Program-made: the position numbers and the translations under genes
The notes under the pieces: model-generated
Told to the model about the DNA's origin: nothing
What the model saw: only the letters and a program-made list of their open reading frames with translations
The model's database searches: none
Part shown: positions 44,730-54,666 of the stretch, one piece after another
Layout: each line of letters begins with the position of its first letter
Position numbering within the stretch: the first letter of the stretch is position 1
Origin: Candidatus Omnitrophota bacterium
GTDB taxonomy: Bacteria > Omnitrophota > Gorgyraeia > Duberdicusellales > 4484-171
Assembly (NCBI GenBank): GCA_016935525.1
Contig: JAFGQU010000015.1
Coordinates: 4,162 to 68,161 of the forward strand
DNA length: 64,000 nucleotides
Direction: 5' to 3'

Positions 44730-46193
44730 TCAATTCTTATCCCTTACCGGTTTCGACTGTTTTGAAAAAAATCCTCCGGTATAACCGTCTAAGATAGCGG
44801 TCAATTCCATAAGCCTTAATTCTTTTTTTAACCGATCGTCTTTCTTCAACGAGGGATCGGCTAATTCCGCCTTTACCCTGACCCGGGCAAAATACACAGT
44901 GTTGATATCATCAAGGATATTATTCCGTAACTGGGCGGTAAGCCGGCTGCGGGTATCGATATCATCTTCATAACTGTTCCAGATAAGGTCGCCCACGTCC
45001 CAGGCGATATTGACGCCCCAGTCCCGGGGACCGACGGCGAACTGCCCACTACTGCTGCCGTATACACTTTTATCATAATCAACGCTGATCTGTGGAAACA
45101 ATGCCCGGTATTTTAACGCATTTCTCCATTTTTGCACTTTTTGCGGATGGACTTCATTATATGTTAACGCGGCCTGTTGTACAGAGAGGTATCCCGGTTC
45201 ATCTTTTATCAATTCCTGCATACGGATAGAATAACTGGAAAGAGTAAATTCTTCTTTCTGGAATAATCCTCGCCCGGTGGCGACAAATAATCTCCCCGTA
45301 GTATCCCAGTCAAGCCAGAAGATATCCTCAGTGGGAAGCCCTTCAAACAGGGAACGTGATTCTTCATAATCCAGATCGACAATACACAACCCTCCGTCGG
45401 TAGCGACATAAAGGCTACGGATAGCATCGGAAGGCTGGCTTATGCAGCGGATATCGGCATTCTCAAGATGAGAGATATACTGTTTAAAAAAAAGTCTTCC
45501 GCCGTCACGCGAGACAAACAATCCTTCACTGGTCCCCAGATAGATAATATCCTGGTCATACCGGTCATACGCTACCGTAGAGATACTGAGACTTGCCGGT
45601 TCATCGGCTTCGGTCTCTATTGAATGCCGGACGATCGCCTTTTTAACCCCTTCATTGTCTTTGAACGAATACACTCCCTGAGCAGTCGCAAGGACTATCC
45701 CCGCCCCATAACTATCCAGGGCATATACCGGGATATCGTTTAAAAATCCCGGACAGGGACTCCACTGGCCCGTATCTTCCCGGCTCACCAAAAGCCCGTG
45801 AGTCGTCCCCAGATACAGGGTATCTTCTGTTTTTATGACCGCCAGGGTTTCTTCTTCGGGGCCGATACCGAACAGCTTCCGATTACCTTGGGGAGAGATG
45901 AGATAAAGCGAAGACTCACTTAACAGATATACCGTATCGTAAAGATGCCGGTCAACAAAAAGGTCGCGGATCTCTTCACCCCGGGAAATAAAAACTTTTT
46001 CCCATGTGCGTCCTCTATCTTTACTTCTGAAAAGTATATCTTCGGAAATAGTATATATCAGCCGATCGTCTATTGGTGAGACGATTACTTTTTGAACACT
46101 GTCTTTATCTACCCCGGTCACTTGAATAAACCCTCCCCATACCGAATAATAAGGGATCACCGTCAAGAGTATTGCCCAAAGGAATTTTTTCAT
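44730..46193 (-). CDS. Exported beta-propeller (BNR/Asp-box, YVTN-like) protein with conserved-looking C-terminal domain
   Basis: Signal peptide; S-D-G-TW Asp-boxes; repeated LYLGT--GL blades; C-terminal helix-strand-strand-helix region. Start after GAGGAGGTG. Confidence 0.7.
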   Translation of the reverse strand: MKKFLWAILLTVIPYYSVWGGFIQVTGVDKDSVQKVIVSPIDDRLIYTISEDILFRSKDRGRTWEKVFISRGEEIRDLFVDRHLYDTVYLLSESSLYLISPQGNRKLFGIGPEEETLAVIKTEDTLYLGTTHGLLVSREDTGQWSPCPGFLNDIPVYALDSYGAGIVLATAQGVYSFKDNEGVKKAIVRHSIETEADEPASLSISTVAYDRYDQDIIYLGTSEGLFVSRDGGRLFFKQYISHLENADIRCISQPSDAIRSLYVATDGGLCIVDLDYEESRSLFEGLPTEDIFWLDWDTTGRLFVATGRGLFQKEEFTLSSYSIRMQELIKDEPGYLSVQQAALTYNEVHPQKVQKWRNALKYRALFPQISVDYDKSVYGSSSGQFAVGPRDWGVNIAWDVGDLIWNSYEDDIDTRSRLTAQLRNNILDDINTVYFARVRVKAELADPSLKKDDRLKKELRLMELTAILDGYTGGFFSKQSKPVRDKN

Positions 46194-46252
46194 GGCCACC
46201 TCCTCGCCATAACAATCCCGGACAATACCTTTTTATTTTACCTATCCCCATT

Positions 46253-47041
46253 TTAAAAATCGCCTCTGGTCTTCATCCACCGGTATTTCGCATAACTCAC
46301 GATCTGGTAGAGTGAAGAGAAATACGCGACCATAAATCCGATAAATCCGTCCCGATACCCTTTTTTAGCAATAAACGCCCGAAAAAAACGGTCAGCTGTC
46401 CGCCAGAGGGCATGGAGCGTATTCATTTTATACGCGGCTTTCCTGGGATCGGACCGGGAGACTTTAATCCATTTTTTTGCTTCTAACGTAGTCTGAGTAT
46501 TCAGTTTTCTTAAAAAATCCGTCCAGTCACGATAGGTATAATGAATAAGATCTCCGGTTAAATGGCCGCAGGTGCCTTCAAGAAAAGCTCGCGGATGCAC
46601 TTCGACTTCTTCCCACTTGAATTTCTGTTTTCGGAATAGTTTTATCTGCGGGGCCGGATACATCCCGCCCCATCGTATCCAGTAATCAGCGAGATGATTC
46701 TTCCGGGGGACCGTGTAGGCGGCATGTTCGGGTGTCCCTTTGAGAAGAAGAGAGATCTCCTCTTTTAACTGAGCGGTAAGACGTTCATCGGCGTCTAAAC
46801 TGAACACCCAATCGTTTTTTGCCTGTTGATACGCCCAGTTACGGTGACGGCCTTCGATCTCCATTTTACGGGAACACACGTGTGCGCCCAGATTTTTGGC
46901 CTGGGTTATCGTATCGTCGGATGATTCATCATCAACGACGATGATCTCATCGGCCCAAGCCGCGGCCGAACGGATACAATCGGCTATCCGTCCGGATTCG
47001 TTCTTAGTGATGATGACAACGCTCACAGGAGTAAATTCCAT
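46253..47041 (-). CDS. Glycosyltransferase family 2 (KdtX/WaaE-like)
   Basis: SVVIIT-NE, DEIIVVD--S-D-T, LDADER, VH, GF-G signature. Confidence 0.9.
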   Translation of the reverse strand: MEFTPVSVVIITKNESGRIADCIRSAAAWADEIIVVDDESSDDTITQAKNLGAHVCSRKMEIEGRHRNWAYQQAKNDWVFSLDADERLTAQLKEEISLLLKGTPEHAAYTVPRKNHLADYWIRWGGMYPAPQIKLFRKQKFKWEEVEVHPRAFLEGTCGHLTGDLIHYTYRDWTDFLRKLNTQTTLEAKKWIKVSRSDPRKAAYKMNTLHALWRTADRFFRAFIAKKGYRDGFIGFMVAYFSSLYQIVSYAKYRWMKTRGDF

Positions 47042-47045
47042 TTGT

Positions 47046-48599
47046 CTATTTTACTATCTCCAGTTCAAAATAAAGGCCGTCGGCGGGACAACGATGACAA
47101 TAATATTTTTCATACCGGCGAACCGAAAAAAACGACCAGAACCGGCCCCGGCAATATTTTTTCTTAAACCGTAATTCTTTCTTCAACATCTTAAATTTAC
47201 AATCGCTATACCGGGGATATTCGATATCACCGGTAAAATAGTCAAACGTCCCCGAAGTAAAATGCCATTTATGAGTCGGGTCCCGGTAAGAATTAGGATG
47301 GGAGAAATGGCAGGTATCGATAAGGATCACCGCGCCGTTTTTGCCGATACGGTGCAGTTCTTCCATGGTCTTCAAGACGTTATCGACATGTTCCATCACA
47401 TTATTGCAATTAAGGATATCAAACGAATTATCATTCAAGGGCCAGGGGTAACTGTTCAGGTCGCAGACGATATCCACTCCCGGCTGAGCCTGCATATCTA
47501 TGCCTAACGCTCCGGGCAGTTTTGCTCCGCCGCATCCGACATCAAGGATCTTTACCTCACAAGGGGCCGGGCGGATCCATTCGACTTTACCGCGATGTAC
47601 AAACGAGAACGTTCTCAAAAACCGGCAGAGTTTTTCGTCATCGACGTAGATTTCGTCATACCGTTTCTTTTTCTTTACAATACCCCAGAGGCACCTCACT
47701 CCAAAAGCCCAGCCAAAAAGAGAACATACCTTAATATTAGTATGTTCGCCAAACCCGGGGTCGCCTACCGAATATTTTTTAAACACGTGGACCCAGCCCC
47801 GGTCGTTGGCCCGGCGGCGGACCGTATCGCGTAACGAATAAAAGAACCGGCGGTCATGGCGCGAAAATATATAGAGTAGCCGCGGCGATTTCCCGAAGAT
47901 CTCCCGGAATTTCTTTTGATTGGCTTCAAATAACTTTTCATAATCAAAGATCAGTTTAAATGAAGATTTTTCATAGTGGTATACGTAAGCCCCTTTCGCC
48001 ATGACGATCCGATAACCGTTTTGGCGGGCACGGATACAATGTTCGGTTTCTTCAAAATAGCCTAATCCATATTGTTCGTTCCAGAGGCCGATTTTGTCCA
48101 ATAATCGCCGTTTCATAAGATAACAGAACCCCACCGCCGTTGCCATCTCAATATACTCACCGTGAAACTTCTTCCGACGTGAGGCGGCATATTCATCTAA
48201 CGGTATTCCTTTTGGCGGATGTTGGCCGAGATTATTACTGGCCGGATTGACTATTCCGATATCGACGGCGCTCTCGGCAACCGCGATCATCTCAGTCAAC
48301 CAGCCTGCGGTCACCAACGTATCATTATTTAATAATACTACATATTCGGCAGAACTCGCCTGCATCCCCCGGTTAAACGATTTGGTCGCTCCCAGGTTGG
48401 TCTCGTTACGGATAAGCAGATATTCGCCGATACGTTTGTCTTCACGTAGGCTTTCCAGATACTGCCGCGCAGGTTCCTGACTTGCATCATCCACAAGGAT
48501 CAACCGGTAGGGCGCTTCAGTATTTTTAATAATACTTTCGATACATTGCTGGGTGATCTCTTTTAAATTCCAGACGGCAATCACGATATCGCATTTCAT
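47046..48599 (-). CDS. Glycosyltransferase family 2 fused to class I SAM-dependent methyltransferase
   Basis: GT2 (LVDDAS, LLNND, GYFEE) followed by ILDVGCG, D-VCDL, MEH, DPTH. Confidence 0.85.
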   Translation of the reverse strand: MKCDIVIAVWNLKEITQQCIESIIKNTEAPYRLILVDDASQEPARQYLESLREDKRIGEYLLIRNETNLGATKSFNRGMQASSAEYVVLLNNDTLVTAGWLTEMIAVAESAVDIGIVNPASNNLGQHPPKGIPLDEYAASRRKKFHGEYIEMATAVGFCYLMKRRLLDKIGLWNEQYGLGYFEETEHCIRARQNGYRIVMAKGAYVYHYEKSSFKLIFDYEKLFEANQKKFREIFGKSPRLLYIFSRHDRRFFYSLRDTVRRRANDRGWVHVFKKYSVGDPGFGEHTNIKVCSLFGWAFGVRCLWGIVKKKKRYDEIYVDDEKLCRFLRTFSFVHRGKVEWIRPAPCEVKILDVGCGGAKLPGALGIDMQAQPGVDIVCDLNSYPWPLNDNSFDILNCNNVMEHVDNVLKTMEELHRIGKNGAVILIDTCHFSHPNSYRDPTHKWHFTSGTFDYFTGDIEYPRYSDCKFKMLKKELRFKKKYCRGRFWSFFSVRRYEKYYCHRCPADGLYFELEIVK

Positions 48600-48614
48600 A
48601 ATCCTATTCCTTCT

Positions 48615-49598
48615 TTACCTGATATTTTTTGAATCAGCCGCTTTTAGTTTTTCCCACCACCACCGGTTCTGGCGGTACCATTCGATAGTATAGGCTAAAT
48701 CCTGGGCAAAACTGTTCTTAGGGCTCCAGCCCAGACCTCTTATTTTTGAAAAATCCAGGCTGTAGCGCAGGTCATGGCCGGGCCGGTCGGCGACAAATTC
48801 GATATATTCTTCGGATGTACCGAGAGATTCCAGCAACGACCGGGAAAGCTCTAGATTAGTCATTTCATTACCGGCGCCGATATTGTAGATCTCGCCGGCA
48901 TTACCCCGATGCAATACTAGGTCGATCGCCCGGCAATTATCCTGGACATAAAGCCAATCCCGGATATTTTTTCCGGTCCCGTAGAGAGGGATTTTTTTAT
49001 CTTCAAGGATATTGGTAATAAATAATGGAATGATCTTTTCGGGATATTGGAACGGACCGAAATTATTGGCACTGCGGACAATGACGATTTCCAGTGCATG
49101 AGTTACAAAATAGGAACGGCACAACAGATCGGCCGCGGCCTTACTTGCCGCATACGGGCTGTTCGGCGCTAACACGCTTGATTCACTGGATTTTCCGGTT
49201 TCAACACTGCCGTAGACTTCATCGGTAGAGATCTGAAGGAACCGCCGTATCCCGACGCGATGCGCACTTTCCAATAATACCGATGTCCCATAGACGTTGG
49301 TCTGTACAAATTCTAAACCGCCGGCAATCGACCGGTCAACATGAGTGTGTGCGGCAAAATTGACGATACAATCGATATCCTGAGAAAGGAGTCCATCGAC
49401 CAGTTCCGGATCACCGATGTCACCCTGGACAAAACGATACCGTCTCTCTCCTGCGATATCTTTGAGATTGTCGGGATTGCCGCAATAGGTGAGTTTATCA
49501 AGATTCACGACCTGGTAGTCGGGATACCGGTTGAGAAGATACCGGATAAAATGAGAACCGATAAATCCGCACCCGCCGGTCACTAAAATATTTTTCAT
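48615..49598 (-). CDS. rfbB: dTDP-glucose 4,6-dehydratase
   Basis: LDKLTY-GN, HVDRSI, STDEVYG, PY-ASKA, DRPGHD-RY. Confidence 0.96.
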   Translation of the reverse strand: MKNILVTGGCGFIGSHFIRYLLNRYPDYQVVNLDKLTYCGNPDNLKDIAGERRYRFVQGDIGDPELVDGLLSQDIDCIVNFAAHTHVDRSIAGGLEFVQTNVYGTSVLLESAHRVGIRRFLQISTDEVYGSVETGKSSESSVLAPNSPYAASKAAADLLCRSYFVTHALEIVIVRSANNFGPFQYPEKIIPLFITNILEDKKIPLYGTGKNIRDWLYVQDNCRAIDLVLHRGNAGEIYNIGAGNEMTNLELSRSLLESLGTSEEYIEFVADRPGHDLRYSLDFSKIRGLGWSPKNSFAQDLAYTIEWYRQNRWWWEKLKAADSKNIR

Positions 49599-50470
49599 GA
49601 CGATCTCTCTTCTTCCACTATCCGCAACAGATATTCACCATAACTGGTGTGTATCTGCCGGGCGATTTTTTCCAATGCATCCCGGGTGAGATATCCCATC
49701 CGGTAGGCGATCTCTTCGATACACCCGATCTTCAATCCCTGACGGTCTTCGATGGTTTTTATAAACATCGAAGCATCGATCAAAGAGTCGCAGGTACCGG
49801 TATCAAGCCAGGCGTATCCCCGGCCCAACCGGGTAAGCTGTAATTTCCCTCGAGCGAGATAGGCGTTATTCACATCGGTGATCTCTAACTCCCCGCGGGC
49901 TGAAGGGACAAGGGTCTCGGCTATTTTGATCACCTCGTTATCATAAAAATACAAACCGGTCACTGCCCAATTAGAACGGGGATGCGCGGGTTTCTCTTGA
50001 AGCGCGGTCACATTTTCCTTTTCGTCAAATTCGATGATCGCATAACGCCGGGGATCCCGGACATAATAGCCGAAGATAGTCGCTCCTTCTTCCTGGTTCA
50101 CGGCATCCTGCAATAAATCGGGAAGTCCATGGCCAAAAAAGATATTGTCTCCCAGGATCAAACACACCTTATCTTTTCCGATAAATCCCTTTCCGATAAG
50201 AAACGATTCGGCGATCCCCCGCGGTTGGTCCTGCGCCGCGTAAGAAATATTGACCCCTAACTCTTCTCCTTTACCGAAAAGGTCCTGGAAATTGATCAAA
50301 GCGTTTTGGGTCGTAATGATCAGGATATCCTTTATGCCGGCAAGCATCAGTACCGAGAGCGCGTAATATACCATCGGTTTATCGTATATCGGAATCAATT
50401 GTTTACAGATACCCCGGGTAGTCGGATACAGTCTCGTCCCCTTTCCGCCGGCAAGAATAATTCCTTTCAT
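49595..50470 (-). CDS. rfbA: Glucose-1-phosphate thymidylyltransferase
   Basis: GIILAGG-GTRL-P-T, KQL-P-YDKPM, S-RGELEITD, WLDTGT. Confidence 0.96.
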   Translation of the reverse strand: MKGIILAGGKGTRLYPTTRGICKQLIPIYDKPMVYYALSVLMLAGIKDILIITTQNALINFQDLFGKGEELGVNISYAAQDQPRGIAESFLIGKGFIGKDKVCLILGDNIFFGHGLPDLLQDAVNQEEGATIFGYYVRDPRRYAIIEFDEKENVTALQEKPAHPRSNWAVTGLYFYDNEVIKIAETLVPSARGELEITDVNNAYLARGKLQLTRLGRGYAWLDTGTCDSLIDASMFIKTIEDRQGLKIGCIEEIAYRMGYLTRDALEKIARQIHTSYGEYLLRIVEEERSS

Positions 50471-50520
50471 TGGACACACTCCGTTTTATGTATATGTAAC
50501 CACCGCTTCATCTTCTCACT

Positions 50521-51564
50521 CTATTGAAACAGCTGTCTTTCCTGTTTTACCCACTCAAGAAGTCTCTTTAAACCTTCCGGCACCGATGTGTCTGGATGCC
50601 AGTTCAAGTCTTTTTTGATCCTGGTAATATCGGATATATACACCTTTTGGTCACTGGGCCGCCACGATTTAAACCTGACTTTTATTTTGTACTGGAATTC
50701 CTTCTCCAGCAACCCTAAAAATTCTTGTAAAGAAAGAGTGTTATGGGGGCCGCCGCCGATATTATATACCGCGTGGGCTTTCTTGCTTTTCACAAACCGG
50801 TCATAGGCCGTGATGAGATCTTCGACAAATAGCAGATCTCGCACCTGTTTACCATCACCGTACACGGTAATCGTCCGCCGCTTAAGCGCCGCGATCATAA
50901 ACCAGGCTACCCATCCCTGGTCTTCAAACCCGAATTGCCGGGGGCCGTAGATACAACTCATCCGAAACACCGCGGTACGCATACGGTAAAGATCGGCAAA
51001 TTCCTGAGTATAGAAATCACCGGTACATTTGCTCACGCCGTAAGGCGTATGGCCGCACTCATCCAGAGCCATTGTCTCAGACACCCCTTTGGCGCGAGTC
51101 CAGACATACCGCGTCTTCAATTCACGTACCGCAAACCTATCCACGTTTTGGCCGTAGACTTTGTTCGTAGAACAATAGATAAACACCGCGTGCGAAGATC
51201 TCTTCTGCACGCATTCAAGGACATTAAGAGTCCCCCACGCGTTAATACTCAAATCTTCTTTCATGTTTTTCAATGAAGAAGGCACTCCCGGCTGGCCGGC
51301 GGCATGGATAACGATATCGACGCCTGAACCTAACGAGCGATTCACATCACGGGGGTCACGGACATCGCCTTTGACGCGGATGATGTTACGATATTTTTTC
51401 AGATAATTCCAGTTATATTCGACCGATTTCCTGTTATACCCAAAGAGTTTCGACCGCATCAGGTTATCCAGAACGGTTACCCGACACCCTTTTTTTGCAT
51501 AATATTCGGCAACATGGCTGCCGACTAACCCGGCCCCGCCGGTTACCAACACTTTTTGCGTCAT
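50521..51564 (-). CDS. NAD-dependent epimerase, CDP-paratose 2-epimerase-like
   Basis: STNKVYG, PYGVSK, FRMSCIYG-RQFG-EDQGWVAWF, R-SDQ--YISD. Confidence 0.8.
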   Translation of the reverse strand: MTQKVLVTGGAGLVGSHVAEYYAKKGCRVTVLDNLMRSKLFGYNRKSVEYNWNYLKKYRNIIRVKGDVRDPRDVNRSLGSGVDIVIHAAGQPGVPSSLKNMKEDLSINAWGTLNVLECVQKRSSHAVFIYCSTNKVYGQNVDRFAVRELKTRYVWTRAKGVSETMALDECGHTPYGVSKCTGDFYTQEFADLYRMRTAVFRMSCIYGPRQFGFEDQGWVAWFMIAALKRRTITVYGDGKQVRDLLFVEDLITAYDRFVKSKKAHAVYNIGGGPHNTLSLQEFLGLLEKEFQYKIKVRFKSWRPSDQKVYISDITRIKKDLNWHPDTSVPEGLKRLLEWVKQERQLFQ

Positions 51565-52706
51565 ATTTTTTTATTCTTTCCTCTAAAAAATCTCTCTATT
51601 GATGAGACGACATACTCGACCTGATGAGCGTCCATAAACGGATGAAGCGGAAGAGAAAGGACTTTTTCTACCGCACCGTGAGCATTCTTCAACGAGCCGG
51701 CTATCCGGGCGTTATGAAACGCCGGCATCTGAGAAAGCAGGGCCGGATAATATTGCCGGGCGCAGATCCCTTTCCGGTTTAAATAAGCCGACAATTCATC
51801 GCGCCAGCGCGACACTTTTATGGTATAAAGATGGTAGGCAGGCAACATCTCCGGCGTTACGTGCGGAGGCGACACCTGAGGTATCTTTTTCAGCCGGACA
51901 GTATATTTTCTGGCAATCTTATTGCGCATCCGGTTAAACCGGTCGATATGTTTTAATTTCGCCAGAAGGACCGCCGCCTGGATAGCATCAAGACGCGAGT
52001 TATATCCGATACAGGTAGCGTGGTATTGTGTAGTCTGTCCGTGATTCCTTAATATCTTTATCTCTTTTGCCAACGAAGAATCGTCGGTCGCGATAAGCCC
52101 GGCATCGCCGTATCCTCCGAGATTTTTTGACGGAAAAAAACTGAACGCTCCGGCATCGCTTAACGCTCCCAATTTCTTACCGTAATATTCCCCCCCGAAA
52201 CTCTGAGCGGCATCTTCCACCATGAACAGGCCGTGTTTTCTTGCCAGAGCCGATAACGGTTTCATCTGGCAACCCAACCCGTAAAGGTGGACCGGAATGA
52301 TCCCTACGGTACGTTTGGTGAGAGCTTTCTTTACCTGATCGGGATCAAGATTATAGGTATCCGGGTCAATATCGACAAATACCGGCCGCGCCCCGGAATA
52401 AACGATGCTTTCTGCGGTCGCGATAAACGTAAACGGAGTGGTAATGATCTCATCGGCAGGACGAAACCATTGTTCTTTTTTTCTCTGCAACGCCAACGCC
52501 CGTAAAGATAAAATAAGGGCATCGGTCCCGGAGGCAACCCCTATCGCATGAGTTACCCCCAGATAACGGGCTACTTTTTCTTCAAACCGTTTGACCGGAT
52601 CGGAAAGGATCCAGTTCTGGGTCCGGAAACAATATTGGAACTGTTTCTGTAGATCTTTCTTAATGATGCGATATTCGCTTTTCAGGTCAAGCAAAGGGAT
52701 CTTCAC
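51561..52706 (-). CDS. DegT/DnrJ/EryC1/StrS aminotransferase
   Basis: SGTDAL, PVHLYG, EDAAQ, SFFPSKNLG--GD-G, NSRLD--QAA. Confidence 0.93.
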   Translation of the reverse strand: MKIPLLDLKSEYRIIKKDLQKQFQYCFRTQNWILSDPVKRFEEKVARYLGVTHAIGVASGTDALILSLRALALQRKKEQWFRPADEIITTPFTFIATAESIVYSGARPVFVDIDPDTYNLDPDQVKKALTKRTVGIIPVHLYGLGCQMKPLSALARKHGLFMVEDAAQSFGGEYYGKKLGALSDAGAFSFFPSKNLGGYGDAGLIATDDSSLAKEIKILRNHGQTTQYHATCIGYNSRLDAIQAAVLLAKLKHIDRFNRMRNKIARKYTVRLKKIPQVSPPHVTPEMLPAYHLYTIKVSRWRDELSAYLNRKGICARQYYPALLSQMPAFHNARIAGSLKNAHGAVEKVLSLPLHPFMDAHQVEYVVSSIERFFRGKNKKI

Positions 52707-53656
52707 GAATGGGCATCCCTCTCTTGGTTTAATTTCCGATTAAAATACTCTATAGTCCTGGTGAGCCCTTCCTCTAAAGAAACCTGAGGGGCCCATTTCA
52801 GTAACGTGTTGGCCTTAGTAATATCCGGCCGGCGCCGGTGCGGGTCATCTTCGGGTAAAGGGAAATACTCTACACGGGAATCCGACCGGGCAAGGCGGAT
52901 GATCTCTTTTGCTAAATCGATCACTTTCAATTCATGAGGATTACCGAGGTTCATCGGTAACGCATAATCGGCATTCATCAGTTTCTCGATCCCGTGTATC
53001 AGATCGCTTACGTAACAAAAAGAACGGGTCTGAGCCCCCTGGCCATACACCGATATCGGCTGACCGCGTAACGCCTGGACGATAAAATTAGAAATCACCC
53101 GGCCGTCATCGATCTGCATATGTTCTCCGTAGGTGTTAAATATCCGGGCGACCCGTACGTCGAGTTTCCATTCATATTGATAGGCATAGGTCAACGCTTC
53201 GGCGGAACGTTTAGATTCATCATAACAGGATCGCGGGCCGATCGTATTTACGTTCCCGTTATACTCTTCGGTCTGGGGATGGACAGTAGGGTCGCCATAG
53301 ATTTCCGAGGTAGACGCCAGAAAAAACTTCGCGTGCTTCTCTTTGGCGATGCCCAGACAGGTATAGGTACCCAACAGGCCCGATTTAAGCGTCTTGATCC
53401 TATACGATAAATAATGCCGGGGCGAGGCGATCGAAGCAAAATGCATGACCCACTCCAAAGGCTCTTTGATATACAGCGGCAGGCTGATATCCTGTTCGAT
53501 AAAACTGAACCGGGGATTCCCGGTTAAATCGGCGATATTATCGCGTGAACCGGTAAAAAGGTTGTCGACACAGATCACGCGATACCCTTGACTGATAAAA
53601 TACCGGCATAAATGAGAACCGATAAATCCGGCTCCGCCGGTAATAAGGATGTTCAT
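52703..53656 (-). CDS. UDP-glucuronate decarboxylase (UDP-xylose synthase)
   Basis: ASP--Y, ASTSE-YGDP--HPQ-E-Y-GNVN--GPRSCYDE-KR, DDP-RR-PDI. Confidence 0.9.
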   Translation of the reverse strand: MNILITGGAGFIGSHLCRYFISQGYRVICVDNLFTGSRDNIADLTGNPRFSFIEQDISLPLYIKEPLEWVMHFASIASPRHYLSYRIKTLKSGLLGTYTCLGIAKEKHAKFFLASTSEIYGDPTVHPQTEEYNGNVNTIGPRSCYDESKRSAEALTYAYQYEWKLDVRVARIFNTYGEHMQIDDGRVISNFIVQALRGQPISVYGQGAQTRSFCYVSDLIHGIEKLMNADYALPMNLGNPHELKVIDLAKEIIRLARSDSRVEYFPLPEDDPHRRRPDITKANTLLKWAPQVSLEEGLTRTIEYFNRKLNQERDAHS

Positions 53657-54621
53657 GCTATACTTTCTCTGGACTGAGCGCTGAACCAGGCTACGGTTTT
53701 TTCCAGGCCTTTATAAAAATCGATTTGGGGATGAAATCCCAACCGATTTTTTGATTTGGTCAGGTCAGCGCAGGTTTTTCCGACATCACCGACGCGCGGA
53801 GCCTCATAGCGCGCCGGGATCGCCTTCCCCATCATCTTACTCAACGTGAAGAAAAGATGCTGTATCGAATAGGGCGCACCGCCGGCAACGTTAAATACTT
53901 CCCCGGCTATCTCACTTGTAGTCAAAGCCAGGATATTGGCATCGACCACATTATCTATATAGGTAAAATCCCGTTCCTGCTCACCGGTACCGAAAATCGG
54001 CGGGGCTTCATCAGCCAGCAGGCTCACAATGAATTTAGGCACTACTACCGCATATTTGTTTTCCAGAGACTGCCGGGGACCGAATACGTTAAAATAACGT
54101 AACGCAACGACTTCGACCCCATACAACCGGCTATAAATAGCCCCGTAATATTCTCCGAACAATTTGGTCGCGGCATACGGGGACGCCGGACGCGGCGGAT
54201 CATCTTCTCTTTCGGGAAAATCTTTTCGATCGCCGTATACCGAACTGCTGGAAGCGTACCCGATACGTTTCACTTTACCATGACGGGCTTTTTCGAAGAG
54301 CCGGAGCGTTCCGGTCACGTTCACCCGGTGGTAGTCAAACGGCATATCGACCGATTTAGGCACACTGCGCAGTGCCGCCTGATGAGAAACATAATCCACA
54401 TCTTTTAATATCCTATCGAGTATTTTTTCATCGCCGGCATCGCCTTCGATAAAACGGATACGGTCAATACACCCGTCAAGATTCTCTATTTTTCCACTGG
54501 ACAGATCGTCCAGTACCGTCACCTGAGCCTCTTCCCGAAGAAGACGTTCGACCAGATGGGAACCGATAAATCCGGCTCCTCCGGTCACAAGGACATGGGC
54601 ATTTTTAAGCGAATCGGCCAT
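53653..54621 (-). CDS. NAD-dependent nucleotide-sugar 4-epimerase (WbpP/TviC-like)
   Basis: HQAAL-SVP-S, ASSSSVYG, SPYA-TK, LRYFNVFGPRQ, RDFTY--NVV-AN. Confidence 0.85.
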   Translation of the reverse strand: MADSLKNAHVLVTGGAGFIGSHLVERLLREEAQVTVLDDLSSGKIENLDGCIDRIRFIEGDAGDEKILDRILKDVDYVSHQAALRSVPKSVDMPFDYHRVNVTGTLRLFEKARHGKVKRIGYASSSSVYGDRKDFPEREDDPPRPASPYAATKLFGEYYGAIYSRLYGVEVVALRYFNVFGPRQSLENKYAVVVPKFIVSLLADEAPPIFGTGEQERDFTYIDNVVDANILALTTSEIAGEVFNVAGGAPYSIQHLFFTLSKMMGKAIPARYEAPRVGDVGKTCADLTKSKNRLGFHPQIDFYKGLEKTVAWFSAQSRESIA

Positions 54622-54666
54622 TATCGTCTCCTTGCCTTGATCTATTCTCAGAAAACTTTAAAGATT

